Shown in pieces: positions 41,849 through 52,566 of a stretch of 64,000 nt of DNA (its first letter is position 1; the number at the start of each line of letters is the position of its first letter). The translations under genes and the position numbers were made by a program. The stretch is taken from assembly GCA_051013385.1 (NCBI GenBank), contig CP143273.1, forward strand, positions 800,001 through 864,000. Reading direction: 5' to 3'. This DNA is from Phormidium sp. (GTDB lineage: Bacteria > Cyanobacteriota > Cyanobacteriia > Cyanobacteriales > Aerosakkonemataceae). A model generated the notes under the pieces. The model was not told where the DNA came from and made no database searches. It saw only the letters and a program-made list of their open reading frames with translations.

Positions 41849-42937
41849 ATGACTGATTTCTCTTCAGATACTCCCAATCCTAACTCCCAACCAACTGATG
41901 TCGATGTGGATGCTTTGCTGCTGAGTCTCCGCCGCAAGGAAGGTACTTGGGTGGAGTGGGGACAAGCTTGCCAAAATCTGCAAAAAGCAGGTTTAAGTTC
42001 CCAAAAAATCTTTGAGGAAACTGGTTTTGAGCCAATTCACCAAAATCAGGTGATTGTAGCGGCTCAAGTATACATTAGCATGATGAATGCTGGTGTGTCG
42101 GAGCAGGTGCGATCGCATTTCCAGAAAACCGGAAGTGATTCTTTGTACGAGTTTCGCATTCTGACTCAACCTGAACGAGCAGCAGCGGCTACGTTTACTT
42201 TAACTCATGGGTTGAATTCTGAAGATGCCAAAGAAGTGGCGAAGGCGATGAAGGATTTTTCCCGCCTAAGAGTTCCGCCTACTGGGTTTAGCAATAATGC
42301 TGGTGATGCGGTAGCTTACCATTATTGGAGGTTAGCGCGACAACAGTCGGATTTACAAGAGCGATCGCGTTTAATCGCTAAAGGGTTAAGATTTGCTCAA
42401 ACTGATAGTGCTAGGCAACAAGTAGAAAAGTTGCTAATTGATTTTAGCGTTACTCCCAAACGTCCGGCTCCGATTTTACCTTTTTACAGGTTGGAAACGG
42501 AAGAACAAATGCCTCGCTTGTTGCCAGTTGTGGGGAAAATGCCGATGTCGGTGGCGGATTTAAAGGCGGTGCCTTTGGTTGAAGAAGATGGCCCTTTCCG
42601 TATGGTACAATTTTCCGGTCAAGGTGCTTGGGTGGCAGTTCCCGGTTGGCAAGTTTTGTTAAAAGCGGAAGATCCTGTGGCGGTTTTGTGCGATCGATCT
42701 TTGCTTCCTAATCAAGATCCTAACTTTAAAGAAGAGGTTTTGGTGGTGATCGATCGAAGTCAACGTGAATGGGACGATTCTAGTTATTTTGCTTTTGCAC
42801 AAGGCGAAGTTTTACAATTTCAATGGTTTGATGAGTCGCCGGAAGAATCTTTACTTGGTAAGCTGATTCTTATTTTGAATCCTAAGCGCATTTTAGATGA
42901 GGATTTGACTAAGGATGTTTGGCAAATTGATGAGTAG
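41849..42937 (+). CDS. raf1: RuBisCO accumulation factor 1
   Basis: LRRKEG.WVEWG; IFEETGFEPIHQNQVIVAAQVY; C-terminal WQIDE. Confidence 0.93.
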   Translation: MTDFSSDTPNPNSQPTDVDVDALLLSLRRKEGTWVEWGQACQNLQKAGLSSQKIFEETGFEPIHQNQVIVAAQVYISMMNAGVSEQVRSHFQKTGSDSLYEFRILTQPERAAAATFTLTHGLNSEDAKEVAKAMKDFSRLRVPPTGFSNNAGDAVAYHYWRLARQQSDLQERSRLIAKGLRFAQTDSARQQVEKLLIDFSVTPKRPAPILPFYRLETEEQMPRLLPVVGKMPMSVADLKAVPLVEEDGPFRMVQFSGQGAWVAVPGWQVLLKAEDPVAVLCDRSLLPNQDPNFKEEVLVVIDRSQREWDDSSYFAFAQGEVLQFQWFDESPEESLLGKLILILNPKRILDEDLTKDVWQIDE

Positions 42938-43037
42938 TTGTTTGTCATTGGTTATTTGTCATTTGTCTTTAGACTTCTGATAAATGTTCCGAATGTTTTT
43001 TTAGTTTAACAAATGACCAATGACATAAGACCAATAA

Positions 43038-44693
43038 CTAATGACACTTGTACTTTTGATATGGTACGCCGATTCGGTAATAAGCTGCTGAATCTTTGCT
43101 GCATTTAGTTTGCGGGGAAATGGCTAATTTTTCTGGGTAGTTGTCTCTTTTTAATCCCGGTGCAACTACCCATAAGTTTAAGGGAAGTTTTGGCGGTTTG
43201 GGTAATTTAGCCAGACTTTCCCAAACTGTTGGATAACCAGAAGTTGCTGAAAGAAAGGCGAATTTTGGACAAGTTAGGCTGTTATTTTGACAAAGTTTTG
43301 GCTGATATTTGTCGATTCCTAATGCAAAACTTAGTCCTAATGCTATATCTTGCGTGTCTTTATATGCCATTACCACCATTAAAGGAATCGATGGTTCTTG
43401 CAGCATATTTTTTGCTACTCTTTGGGGATTATAAGGTTTTTCCAAGGCTAACCCGTTGACTACGAAAATACAACTAATTAATCCAGCTAATATCAGGTAA
43501 TTTATGGTCGATCGCCTTTTTTCCCCATCTCTCGCCACTAAACTAGCAGCTAACAATCCACAAAAACTCGGATAATATACAAAATTATAACGCGGTGCAA
43601 CTGTTATATCTTTACCTAAAATGTAAATAATGGCAAAAAATTCTAACAGCACAAATATGGTAAAACTTCCTAATGTTAAAGCCGCTAAATGTGTCTGCGG
43701 ATTTTGCCAAAGTTGTTTAATTCCTTGAACTACTTGCCATCCTAACCAAATCCCAAAAATTAACATTAATATTCCCAAAGGAATAGCAACCCAAAGCGGT
43801 TGACTTTCCACTGGCAAAATTATTACCATTAATAGCCAACCTAGCAAAGTTTGAGCAAAAGGAATAATATGTTCTGGTTGGGATAACCAGTCAGTTTCGG
43901 GACGATTAGAATGTCCTAAAACTACTGGTAGCCAAGGTAAAAAAAGCAGGAAAGGTAAGAGGGAAAAACTAGTGTAAATTAATAAATACTTGGCTTTTGG
44001 TTTTCCTTGATACAATAATACTAAAAGTGTGGCGATTTCGGCAAGGATAACTAAAATAAAAAAGTAATGAATGTAAAGACCAATGCTGTTAATTATTACC
44101 CAAATTAACCAAAATAATAACCGTATTTGTTGCCCAAAAATGTCTTGTTGAATTTGAATTAAGGTGATTAATGAAAGGGTAATTAAAAATAGTGGTAAAG
44201 TGTAATGTCTTGCTTCTTGGGAAAGGTAAACGGCGAAAGGTGAAACCGCCATTACAGCTGCACCAACTAAACCTGCTGTTTTGCTAAAGGCAATGCGATT
44301 CAGGTAATATAGGGATACGATCGCACTCACTCCAAACAACGCCGGAAGCGATCGCAAAACCCAAACTAAACTATGTTTAACTGGACTATTTAAACCAGTT
44401 TCTACCCAAGCGTGCATTAAACAAAAAAATCCCGGTGGATGGGTAGAATACTTGATGATATTGTGCGCTATTGCTGGACAACTGGAGGCAGGATTTAAAG
44501 TGAAAATTTCTCGGAAACTCGTTAAGGGTAAAACCACATCTAAAGGGACATTTTCGTAGGTTTTTCCCAGGCTAAATAAAGCGGTAATTACTTCATCTAG
44601 CCATAAAGGTTTTAGTTCTAAATTCCAGAATCTTACGGTTGTTCCTGCGATGAGGACGATCGCTAAACCCAGATAATGACGAGAAAATTTCAT
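43038..44693 (-). CDS. GT-C fold glycosyltransferase (family 39-like)
   Basis: LWLDE; HPP.F; SQEARHY; multiple TM segments. Confidence 0.85.
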   Translation of the reverse strand: MKFSRHYLGLAIVLIAGTTVRFWNLELKPLWLDEVITALFSLGKTYENVPLDVVLPLTSFREIFTLNPASSCPAIAHNIIKYSTHPPGFFCLMHAWVETGLNSPVKHSLVWVLRSLPALFGVSAIVSLYYLNRIAFSKTAGLVGAAVMAVSPFAVYLSQEARHYTLPLFLITLSLITLIQIQQDIFGQQIRLLFWLIWVIINSIGLYIHYFFILVILAEIATLLVLLYQGKPKAKYLLIYTSFSLLPFLLFLPWLPVVLGHSNRPETDWLSQPEHIIPFAQTLLGWLLMVIILPVESQPLWVAIPLGILMLIFGIWLGWQVVQGIKQLWQNPQTHLAALTLGSFTIFVLLEFFAIIYILGKDITVAPRYNFVYYPSFCGLLAASLVARDGEKRRSTINYLILAGLISCIFVVNGLALEKPYNPQRVAKNMLQEPSIPLMVVMAYKDTQDIALGLSFALGIDKYQPKLCQNNSLTCPKFAFLSATSGYPTVWESLAKLPKPPKLPLNLWVVAPGLKRDNYPEKLAISPQTKCSKDSAAYYRIGVPYQKYKCH

Positions 44694-44697
44694 TCCT

Positions 44698-46122
44698 TTA
44701 CCTTGGCAAAATAGAAGGAGGTAAAGGTTTTCTCAGAAAAGTAGCAATTTCCTGCAATAACCATTCTTTTTCCAAAATAGTTAACTCACTACCAAAACGG
44801 TGAATTTTTACTCCTTCAATTAAAGCACAAGCTGTTGTTATTTGCGGCTGTTCCTCTTTTAAGAGAATAGCCAACATCTCATCTTCTCCACGAATAAAGC
44901 AATTTAGTTCTACTCTTTCAATATGCTTCGTTTTTCCTTGAACTTGATAGAAGACCCCGAGACAAGACCATTTTATTTTAAAGTTTTCTCGGTCAATTTC
45001 TATCTGGGTACGCCCCAGTAATTTAAAAATAGGATTTTTCACTGTCTTGAACCCAAACATTAAAAGAATTAGGAACAATAACAGTAAGAACACCAGGAAT
45101 AAGAAGGAACTAAAAGTTGTTATACTGTAAACCAAACTCACTAAAGTTATAAACAGGTAATATGATAGGATTAGTAATATCAACCCAGCAGTACAACTCG
45201 CAAAGTCTCTATCTAACCAACCAAATCGCGGAATTTCTACTACTAACTTTCTTTCGTTTTTACTAAAGGTAATCCGACTACCAATTGGACGATTATGTTT
45301 TGGAACAAGTACTCCTTCTCCCTGTAATACACTTAAAGCTTCTTTAGCAGTTAAAAATCGGTCTTCTACAGCAGGTTCTAACAGTTTTTCTAACCAATCA
45401 GCTAATTCTGTTGATATTGTTGTTTGGGAACGGAAGTTAATTTTTAGTTGGCGATAAGGAAATTCTGAGGGAGATTTGTGAGTGATTAAATATAGCAAAG
45501 TTGCCCCTAATCCATACAAATCTGTGGCAGGATAACCTTGTCCCCGAAATTGTTCTGGTGCCATGTAACCATAAGTACCAACTACTGTACTTCCGCCACT
45601 AAATGTGGTTTGGTAAGTCGTTTTCACTGCACCAAAATCTACTAAAAATATGCCGCCGTCTTTACGCCGAATAATATTTTGTGGTTTGAGATCTCGGTGA
45701 ATAACTGGTGGTGTGAGTGTGTGTAAATAGGTGAGAATATCTAAAAGTTGGCTGGCTAATTGGCGAACTTCGCTTTCTGTGGCGTGCCATCCGCTTTGAA
45801 CTAAAGAAAAAAGCGATCGCCCTTCTACCAATTCTTGCACTAAATAAAAGCTGTGATTGTTTGGCGTTTCAACCTGAAAATAATCTAAATATTTCGGTAA
45901 ACAAGGATGGTTTAAATTGGATAAAACCCGCGCTTCTCTTTCAAAAAGTTCTAAAGCTTTCCAGTCTTGTGCGCGGTTGAGAGATAGCGATTTAATTGCT
46001 ACCCTACCTTGAGTTTGCAAATCTTGGGCTTCGTAGGTTGTCCCCATTCCTCCTTGTCCCAGGATATTCACAATCTGATAACGTTGAGCGATAATTTCTT
46101 CTGGTTGGTGCAGCAGTTCCAT
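44698..46122 (-). CDS. Ser/Thr protein kinase with C-terminal TM segments
   Basis: LGQGGMG; VAIK; HRDLKPQN; DFG; GTYGYMAPE. Confidence 0.95.
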   Translation of the reverse strand: MELLHQPEEIIAQRYQIVNILGQGGMGTTYEAQDLQTQGRVAIKSLSLNRAQDWKALELFEREARVLSNLNHPCLPKYLDYFQVETPNNHSFYLVQELVEGRSLFSLVQSGWHATESEVRQLASQLLDILTYLHTLTPPVIHRDLKPQNIIRRKDGGIFLVDFGAVKTTYQTTFSGGSTVVGTYGYMAPEQFRGQGYPATDLYGLGATLLYLITHKSPSEFPYRQLKINFRSQTTISTELADWLEKLLEPAVEDRFLTAKEALSVLQGEGVLVPKHNRPIGSRITFSKNERKLVVEIPRFGWLDRDFASCTAGLILLILSYYLFITLVSLVYSITTFSSFLFLVFLLLLFLILLMFGFKTVKNPIFKLLGRTQIEIDRENFKIKWSCLGVFYQVQGKTKHIERVELNCFIRGEDEMLAILLKEEQPQITTACALIEGVKIHRFGSELTILEKEWLLQEIATFLRKPLPPSILPR

Positions 46123-46492
46123 AAGATTTGTTTGGCTGAGGAATTGTAAACGATTTTAATATCTCGGTCAATGGTAGAATCTCTTTATAAAATTTTACAT
46201 TACCTAACCATTGACATCTAAAGGATTCTGTGTTAATTGCTAGTTAACAATCACAAAGCACAAGCTTTTTGATGATAATATTTCCAATTTTAAGAAAGTT
46301 TCCCTAAATCTGCATCGGTAACTTCAAGTCGCAGCTAGTTAATTTCGTTTTGTCCGAAATTGATGAGTTATAGAGAAGTAAAAAGCTACTTATTTGGCGA
46401 TAATTAGACTAAAATTTTCTGTAATAGTCCAATAACAAAGGACTTCAACTATTAGATGCGGAAACTTAATGTTTATTATTAATTTTGCCTGA

Positions 46493-48796
46493 ATGAATTT
46501 TAATATCGAACCAGCACTACAAAAAATTAGAAATAGCTTGCGATCGGGACAAAGACAAATGGCTGACTGGCGATCGGGCCCTTTAGCGGTGTCAGCGGTT
46601 CCAGGTGCGGGAAAATCGACGGGGATGGCGGGTGCAGCGGCGATCGCGATCGCCCGTCACCAACTCCACAACCGCAAGCAATTAGTAGTTGTCACTTTCA
46701 CCCGTTCTGCAGCCGCTAATATTAAAGCCAAAATCCGCGAATATTTGCGAGAAAAATTATCTATACCCCAAACAGGTTTTGTAGTTCAAACTTTACATGG
46801 TTTAGCCTTAAATATTGCTACCCGTTATCCAGATTTATCCGGTTTAAATTTAGACAATCTCACAGTAATTAATGCTAATCAAAGTCACCGTTTAATTCGC
46901 GCCGCAGTGGAAAAATGGATTATTGATTATCCCCGACAGTTTCAAATTTTACTCGAAGGTATACAATTTGATGGCGAAGAAACGGAAAGATTGCGCCGTC
47001 AGTCGGTGTTAAGAACGGAAGTTTTACCTGATTTGGCGAGAACGGTAATTCATGAGGCGAAAAGTTCCGGTTACTTACCGAAAAAACTTGGGGAAATTAG
47101 CGAAAAATCCACTGATGGCTATGGGATTTTGGCGATCGCAGCCCGACTCTACCAAAATTACCAAGAATTACTCAAAGCCCGTGATTTTATCGACTACGAT
47201 GAAATGATTTTATCAGCTTTAAGGGTTTTGGAAAATCCCAGCGCCAGGAGAACTTTACAAAGTCAAGTATTCGCTGTTTTTGAAGATGAAGCCCAAGATT
47301 CTTCCCCTTTACAAACCAGACTTTTAGAAATTCTCTCCACAGATCCCGATCGTCCCGAAGCACCACCTAATTTAGTCAGAGTTGGCGACCCAAATCAAGC
47401 AATTAATTCCACTTTTACCCCCGCAGATCCAATTTATTTTCGCCGTTTCTGCAATGAGTGTGAAACCAAAAGTTTATTAGCAACAATGGATCGGGCGGGT
47501 CGCAGTAGTCAGGTAATTATTAATGCGGCTAACTTCGTTTTAAGCTGGGTAAATAACTCGAAATTAGCGGGAACAGAACAACCTTTTCGCCCCCAAATGA
47601 TTTTACCTGTGGATATAAACGATCCGCAACCTGATGCTAATCCTACCCCAGTTGGTCGAGGTGTAGAAATTTACCTTCCTAAAGATACTTACCAAAGTGT
47701 CAAGTTAATTGGTCAAAGGGTAATTGAACTTTTTGCCGAATTTCCCCAGGAACGAAGGTCAGCAGCAGTATTAGTAAGAACTAACGACCAAGGGCGATTT
47801 GTGCATCAACAATTAAAGCAGGAATTTGGAACTCAAATCGAGATTTATGAAGTTGCAGAACGCGATCGTCATTCTCACGTTCCCGCTGAAGCTTTATCTT
47901 TGCTGCAATTTCTCGATCGGCCCCATTCCCCCGACTACTTAAAATCCGCCTTAGAAGTATTAGTCACCAGACAATTAATTCCCCCCCAAGATTTGAACGC
48001 CCTTGCTAGTTTACCAGAACAATTCCTCTATCCCAGCCCTCTCGATCCACCCCAATCAGAAGATGTCATAAAAGCCAGTAGTTTTTGTCGCAAATTACTC
48101 CGCGCCAGATTAGAATTACCCATTTATCAAATGATTACTTTTTTGGCATTAGCGTTAAATTACGACCAAACAGAACTAGCAACTGCTGACAAATTAGCCG
48201 AAAGAATAGCCCGACAAATCGCTGGTTCTCTGTCCATGAATAACATCCTCAATGCTTTAAGTGAAATCGTCAGTTCCGAGAGATTTGAACCAGTAGATAC
48301 CGAAGCCAACGAAAGCCAATATACTCAACCGGGAAGATTAACTATAATCACAATGCACAAAGCCAAAGGGTTAGATTGGGATTATGTATTTCTGCCATTT
48401 TTACACGCAAATATGATTCCCGGAAACCTGCGAGTACCCGCCCCAGCCCAATTTTTAGGCAACTTTACTTTAGCAGAAGTCGCCCGTGCCCAAATTCGCG
48501 CCAGCCTACATAATGAAGAAGCAGAATTACCAGAAATCATGGATGCTTGGGAACAAGCAGGTTATTTAAAAACAGCTGAAGAATTTCGTCTTTTATATGT
48601 AGCAATGACGAGAGCAAAACGATTATTATGGATGTCAGCTGCTCAAAAAGCACCTTTTATTTGGAGTAAACCGGAAAATTTACAAGATCAACTACCTTGC
48701 CCGATTTTACCAGCTTTAATGAGTAAATTTCCCCGATCAGTAATAGGACTTACGCACTCAGATCCCCCAACCCCCTTACCAAGGGGGCTTTCTTAA
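46493..48796 (+). CDS. UvrD/REP family ATP-dependent helicase
   Basis: AVPGAGKS; DEAQD; VGDPNQAI; TMHKAKGLDW; RLLYVAMTRA. Confidence 0.93.
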   Translation: MNFNIEPALQKIRNSLRSGQRQMADWRSGPLAVSAVPGAGKSTGMAGAAAIAIARHQLHNRKQLVVVTFTRSAAANIKAKIREYLREKLSIPQTGFVVQTLHGLALNIATRYPDLSGLNLDNLTVINANQSHRLIRAAVEKWIIDYPRQFQILLEGIQFDGEETERLRRQSVLRTEVLPDLARTVIHEAKSSGYLPKKLGEISEKSTDGYGILAIAARLYQNYQELLKARDFIDYDEMILSALRVLENPSARRTLQSQVFAVFEDEAQDSSPLQTRLLEILSTDPDRPEAPPNLVRVGDPNQAINSTFTPADPIYFRRFCNECETKSLLATMDRAGRSSQVIINAANFVLSWVNNSKLAGTEQPFRPQMILPVDINDPQPDANPTPVGRGVEIYLPKDTYQSVKLIGQRVIELFAEFPQERRSAAVLVRTNDQGRFVHQQLKQEFGTQIEIYEVAERDRHSHVPAEALSLLQFLDRPHSPDYLKSALEVLVTRQLIPPQDLNALASLPEQFLYPSPLDPPQSEDVIKASSFCRKLLRARLELPIYQMITFLALALNYDQTELATADKLAERIARQIAGSLSMNNILNALSEIVSSERFEPVDTEANESQYTQPGRLTIITMHKAKGLDWDYVFLPFLHANMIPGNLRVPAPAQFLGNFTLAEVARAQIRASLHNEEAELPEIMDAWEQAGYLKTAEEFRLLYVAMTRAKRLLWMSAAQKAPFIWSKPENLQDQLPCPILPALMSKFPRSVIGLTHSDPPTPLPRGLS

Positions 48797-48861
48797 ATTC
48801 CCCCCTTGGTAAGGGGGGCTAGGGGGGATCGGGATTTCAGGCAAAGAGTGCGTAAGTCCTA
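48744..48861. mobile_element. MITE with perfect 16-bp TIRs and AGTAA target-site duplication
   Basis: TAGGACTTACGCACTC (48744-48759) / GAGTGCGTAAGTCCTA (48846-48861); AGTAA at 48739-48743 and 48862-48866. Confidence 0.88.
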
Positions 48862-48909
48862 AGTAATTTCTTGATCAATGATTTCCAGTTAATTAATAGT
48901 TAAATCTAA

Positions 48910-49311
48910 TTATTCAGTAAACAAGCTCGGATCTACATGAAAAAAATCTGCAATTTTTCTAGCTTGTTCTGGAGTCATTTTAGCTTGTCCTTGCACCATC
49001 TCATCAACCGCAGTTGTTGAACCTAACACAGCTTGTAGATCCGTGATGCTTTTACCAGAATCTTCTAAAAGAAACAAAAGCATTGATTGTGAATTATTCT
49101 GCTGATTAGGCTGATAATATTCTTGCTCAAACTTTTCAATTAAAGTAACTAAAAGCTGATATAATTCATCTTCTTCAGGAGTCCGTTTTCGGTGCATTAA
49201 ATCTTCGACAATAGCTAAAGCTTTCTCATTCTCTGCTTCAGTTTTTATCACTCTGGGAAGATAAGTTATTAATAATTGTTTGTAATTCTCAGGATTAAAA
49301 GTAAGGGTCAT
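48910..49311 (-). CDS. higA: HigA-like antitoxin (HTH)
   Basis: P.VIKTEAENE.AL...LLV.LIEKFE; C-terminal HTH ..IADFFHV; likely start ATG 49311. Confidence 0.85.
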   Translation of the reverse strand: MTLTFNPENYKQLLITYLPRVIKTEAENEKALAIVEDLMHRKRTPEEDELYQLLVTLIEKFEQEYYQPNQQNNSQSMLLFLLEDSGKSITDLQAVLGSTTAVDEMVQGQAKMTPEQARKIADFFHVDPSLFTE

Positions 49312-49594
49312 TTTTCCATTGTTCCTCATCATACTCAGCATGGGTTAACACATATTTAATAAAAATTAATTGTCCTTCATAATCTATACTAACAATCAAG
49401 CGATATTTATTACCTTTAATATTAAAGACCGTAAAATTTCCTACTGCCTCCGCTTTAGGAAAAACCAGCTGTACTTCAACTAAATTTGACCAATTGGCTT
49501 TACTAGCAATTTTATACCAGTTGCTCAGGGCTTCTTTGCAGTCAGCATCACTTTTTGCGTAATCTCTTAAAGTTTTATAACTAATTACGTGCAT
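49295..49594 (-). CDS. higB: HigB toxin
   Basis: MHVIS..TL...W...VFNIKGNKYRLI...THAEYD. Confidence 0.92.
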   Translation of the reverse strand: MHVISYKTLRDYAKSDADCKEALSNWYKIASKANWSNLVEVQLVFPKAEAVGNFTVFNIKGNKYRLIVSIDYEGQLIFIKYVLTHAEYDEEQWKNDPYF

Positions 49595-49831
49595 TTTAAA
49601 TTAAAGTATCATCTTTATCATTAAAATAACCGATAGTAATATAGGTGAACTTTACATATTTCAATATATTACATTTAGCAATCAGTCAACCAAAATATGA
49701 GAAAATAAACAGGCAAAAGAAAAGTATGTTACCTTCCTTTTGCCTGAAACAGCTTTAGCCTTTCTTTGTCTATATTCTTTGTAGCATCTAGACCAAACAG
49801 TTAACTTCATCCATTTGGATCATCCAACTGG

Positions 49832-50155
49832 TTAATTTTGCAGTAACATCTCATTACTAATTTTACAAGCCCGGTAAAACAGAAAATTAATGGTTGTTGG
49901 AGATGGTGCTTTCAGAACACTTGCCTCATACACAGAAACTAAAAACTTAATTTCTTCCCTAGCAATCTGTCTCAACTGTGGCGAAAGTGCAGCAGCTAAA
50001 AAAGTGTAAGAATCTACTGCTTCTGCTAACAAATCTAAAATTTCTTCTGGGGTAGCATCTTGATATTGCAACTCTCGTTCTGCTAAAACCCCTTGTAACT
50101 GGAAATCATCCCATGTTTCAGTCACGATTTTTGAATCGAGCAAATTTTTCATCAT
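49832..50155 (-). CDS. Hypothetical protein
   Basis: 107-aa ORF, no recognised motif. Confidence 0.5.
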   Translation of the reverse strand: MMKNLLDSKIVTETWDDFQLQGVLAERELQYQDATPEEILDLLAEAVDSYTFLAAALSPQLRQIAREEIKFLVSVYEASVLKAPSPTTINFLFYRACKISNEMLLQN

Positions 50156-50280
50156 TTCAGGTAATTTGTTGACTCAGGTTCAACTCCTTACTTTTAAGTT
50201 AAAACTTGCTCTGGAAATAAGCCTCATGCTATAGATTCACCTTGTTGGGTGATTGACTAACTCATCATTGTTCAAATCGC

Positions 50281-50970
50281 TTAAAAATTTTCTTGAATCG
50301 TTTTCAGGAATGCTTCCGAGTTGGCGATCGCACCAAACACACCACCCTGCATGGTAATCATTTTCAACGCCGCTAAATAATTGCCGTAGTCGGTTGCTCC
50401 GGTACAATCAGATAACAGTAAGCATTCATATCCGCGATCGTTCGCTTCCCTCATCGTAGTATGCACGCAAACATCCGTAGTAATTCCGGTTAAAACAATA
50501 TTTTGAATCCCTTTTTTTCTCAGCAATAAATCCAAATCTGTAGCGTAAAAACTGCCTTTTCCTGGCTTATCAATAATCGTTTCTCCAGGTATTGGTGCAA
50601 GTTCGGGAATAATTTCCCATCCCGCCTCACCTCTAACTAATATTTTACCACAAGGGCCAATATCGCCAATTCCCGCACCAATTTGACGACTCCGCCATTG
50701 CTTATTTTCTGGTAAATCAGATAAATCATTTCGATGTCCTTCGCGAGTGTGCATGATGTGAAAATTCTTAGCGCGAAGCACTTCTAAAACTTTCTTAATT
50801 GGCTCAATTGGCGCTCTAGTTAACGATAAATCATAACCCATTTTATCCACATAACCACCAATCCCACAGAAATCAGTTTGCATATCAATTACTAGCAAAA
50901 CTGTATTCTCTGGGCGTAAATCCCCATTAAAAGGAAAAGGATAAGGTTCAGATTCTACAAAACATCCCAT
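50281..50970 (-). CDS. biuH: Isochorismatase-like cysteine hydrolase, biuret amidohydrolase (BiuH)-like
   Basis: [54 protein letters not shown], matching BiuH as I recall it. Confidence 0.8.
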   Translation of the reverse strand: MGCFVESEPYPFPFNGDLRPENTVLLVIDMQTDFCGIGGYVDKMGYDLSLTRAPIEPIKKVLEVLRAKNFHIMHTREGHRNDLSDLPENKQWRSRQIGAGIGDIGPCGKILVRGEAGWEIIPELAPIPGETIIDKPGKGSFYATDLDLLLRKKGIQNIVLTGITTDVCVHTTMREANDRGYECLLLSDCTGATDYGNYLAALKMITMQGGVFGAIANSEAFLKTIQENF

Positions 50971-51054
50971 ATATAGCACTATTTAACCATCAATTAAGAT
51001 GTACAAGATTATCATCACATCGTTGGTAGCAAAAACCACTTTTCCCCAAATAAA

Positions 51055-52440
51055 TTAATGAAATGGTAAAGCAATGACAAATTCTACTCCTTTTCCCGGT
51101 ACAGAATTACAAGTTAACTTACCTCCATGTTTTTCTACTACAATTTGATGACTAATAGATAATCCTAAACCAGTGCCTTTTCCCAAAGGTTTAGTAGTAA
51201 ATAAAGGCTCAAAAAGATGGGCTTGCGCTTCAGGTAACATTCCGGGGCCATTATCATGAATCCGAATTAGAATTTGCTGTTCTTTTGCATTAACTTCTGT
51301 GCCGATCGCGATCGTACTGGGATTTAGTTCTAATTCTGCGTAAGAGTAAGCTTGACTGTACTCATCAAAAGCATCAATGGCATTAGAAAGCAGATTCATA
51401 AATACCTGATTCAGTTGTCCAGCATAACATTTTACTAAAGGCAAGTTCCCGTAGTCTTTTATAATGTCGATCGCTGGACGATTTTCATTAGCTTTGAGAC
51501 GATGCTTCAAAATCATTAATGTACTATCTATTCCCTCATGGATATTCACTGCTACTTTGGCACTAGTATCCGCTCGCGAAAAAATTCTTAAAGAAACGCT
51601 TATTTGATTAATTCTATTAGTTCCTGTTTGCATGGAAGCCACTAAACTTGGTAAATCTTCCACCAAAAAATCCAAATCAATTTCTTCAGCATGATCTGCA
51701 ATTTCCGCGCCGGGATCGGGAAATTCTTGTTGGTAAAGATGTAAGTGTTTTAGCAAATCTTCGATATATTTTTCCGCATGAGTCAGATTAACGGCAATAA
51801 AGTTAATCGGATTATTAATTTCGTGCGCTACCCCAGCAACTAATTGTCCAAGGGTAGACATCTTTTCTTTTTGAACTAATTGCAGTTGCGCTTTTTGCAA
51901 ATCATACATTGCTTTAGTCAGTTCAGCCGTGCGTTCTTCTACCCGTTTCTCTAATTCCTCTGTCAACTTTTGTAATCTAGCTTCGACGGCAATTTTATCT
52001 TGAATTTCTTGTTTTAGTAATTGATTTTGTTTGGCTAGTGATTTAGTTAATTTGCGGATTTTTAAATGTGTTTTAACACGGGCTAAGACTTCCTCTTGGC
52101 GAAACGGTTTTGTGATATAATCTACTGCTCCTAAATTCATGCCTTTAACTTTATCTACCGGATCGGAAAGAGCCGTCATAAAAATAATCGGAACTGCACT
52201 TGTAAAAGGGTTAGATTTCAGCCTTTGGCAAATTTCAAATCCGTCAGGCCCCGGCATCAACACATCTAGTAAAATTAGATCGGGCAATTCTTCTGCTACT
52301 TTCTCAATAGCTGTTTCACCATCTCTGGCAATCCAAACGGTAAATCCCGATTCTTCCAATAATTCGGAAAGTAACATTATATTAGTAGGACTATCATCAA
52401 TGATTAAGATCGCTTCTTTTTCAGGGGATTCAGGCGACAT
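51055..52440 (-). CDS. Hybrid sensor histidine kinase (N-terminal receiver)
   Basis: REC (IIDD, LDVLMP, KPF); H-box AHEINNP; N box; GTGLGL. Confidence 0.95.
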   Translation of the reverse strand: MSPESPEKEAILIIDDSPTNIMLLSELLEESGFTVWIARDGETAIEKVAEELPDLILLDVLMPGPDGFEICQRLKSNPFTSAVPIIFMTALSDPVDKVKGMNLGAVDYITKPFRQEEVLARVKTHLKIRKLTKSLAKQNQLLKQEIQDKIAVEARLQKLTEELEKRVEERTAELTKAMYDLQKAQLQLVQKEKMSTLGQLVAGVAHEINNPINFIAVNLTHAEKYIEDLLKHLHLYQQEFPDPGAEIADHAEEIDLDFLVEDLPSLVASMQTGTNRINQISVSLRIFSRADTSAKVAVNIHEGIDSTLMILKHRLKANENRPAIDIIKDYGNLPLVKCYAGQLNQVFMNLLSNAIDAFDEYSQAYSYAELELNPSTIAIGTEVNAKEQQILIRIHDNGPGMLPEAQAHLFEPLFTTKPLGKGTGLGLSISHQIVVEKHGGKLTCNSVPGKGVEFVIALPFH

Positions 52441-52566
52441 ATATTGGCTTCCTGTTTTTACTAATGCACTCTATAAGTTTTTAGTACCCATTTTTTCTTT
52501 AGCATTAATCATTACCTCTAGCTCTAGGTGGAAAGTTGTTACTAATCTTAATGAATTTACTTAGAA

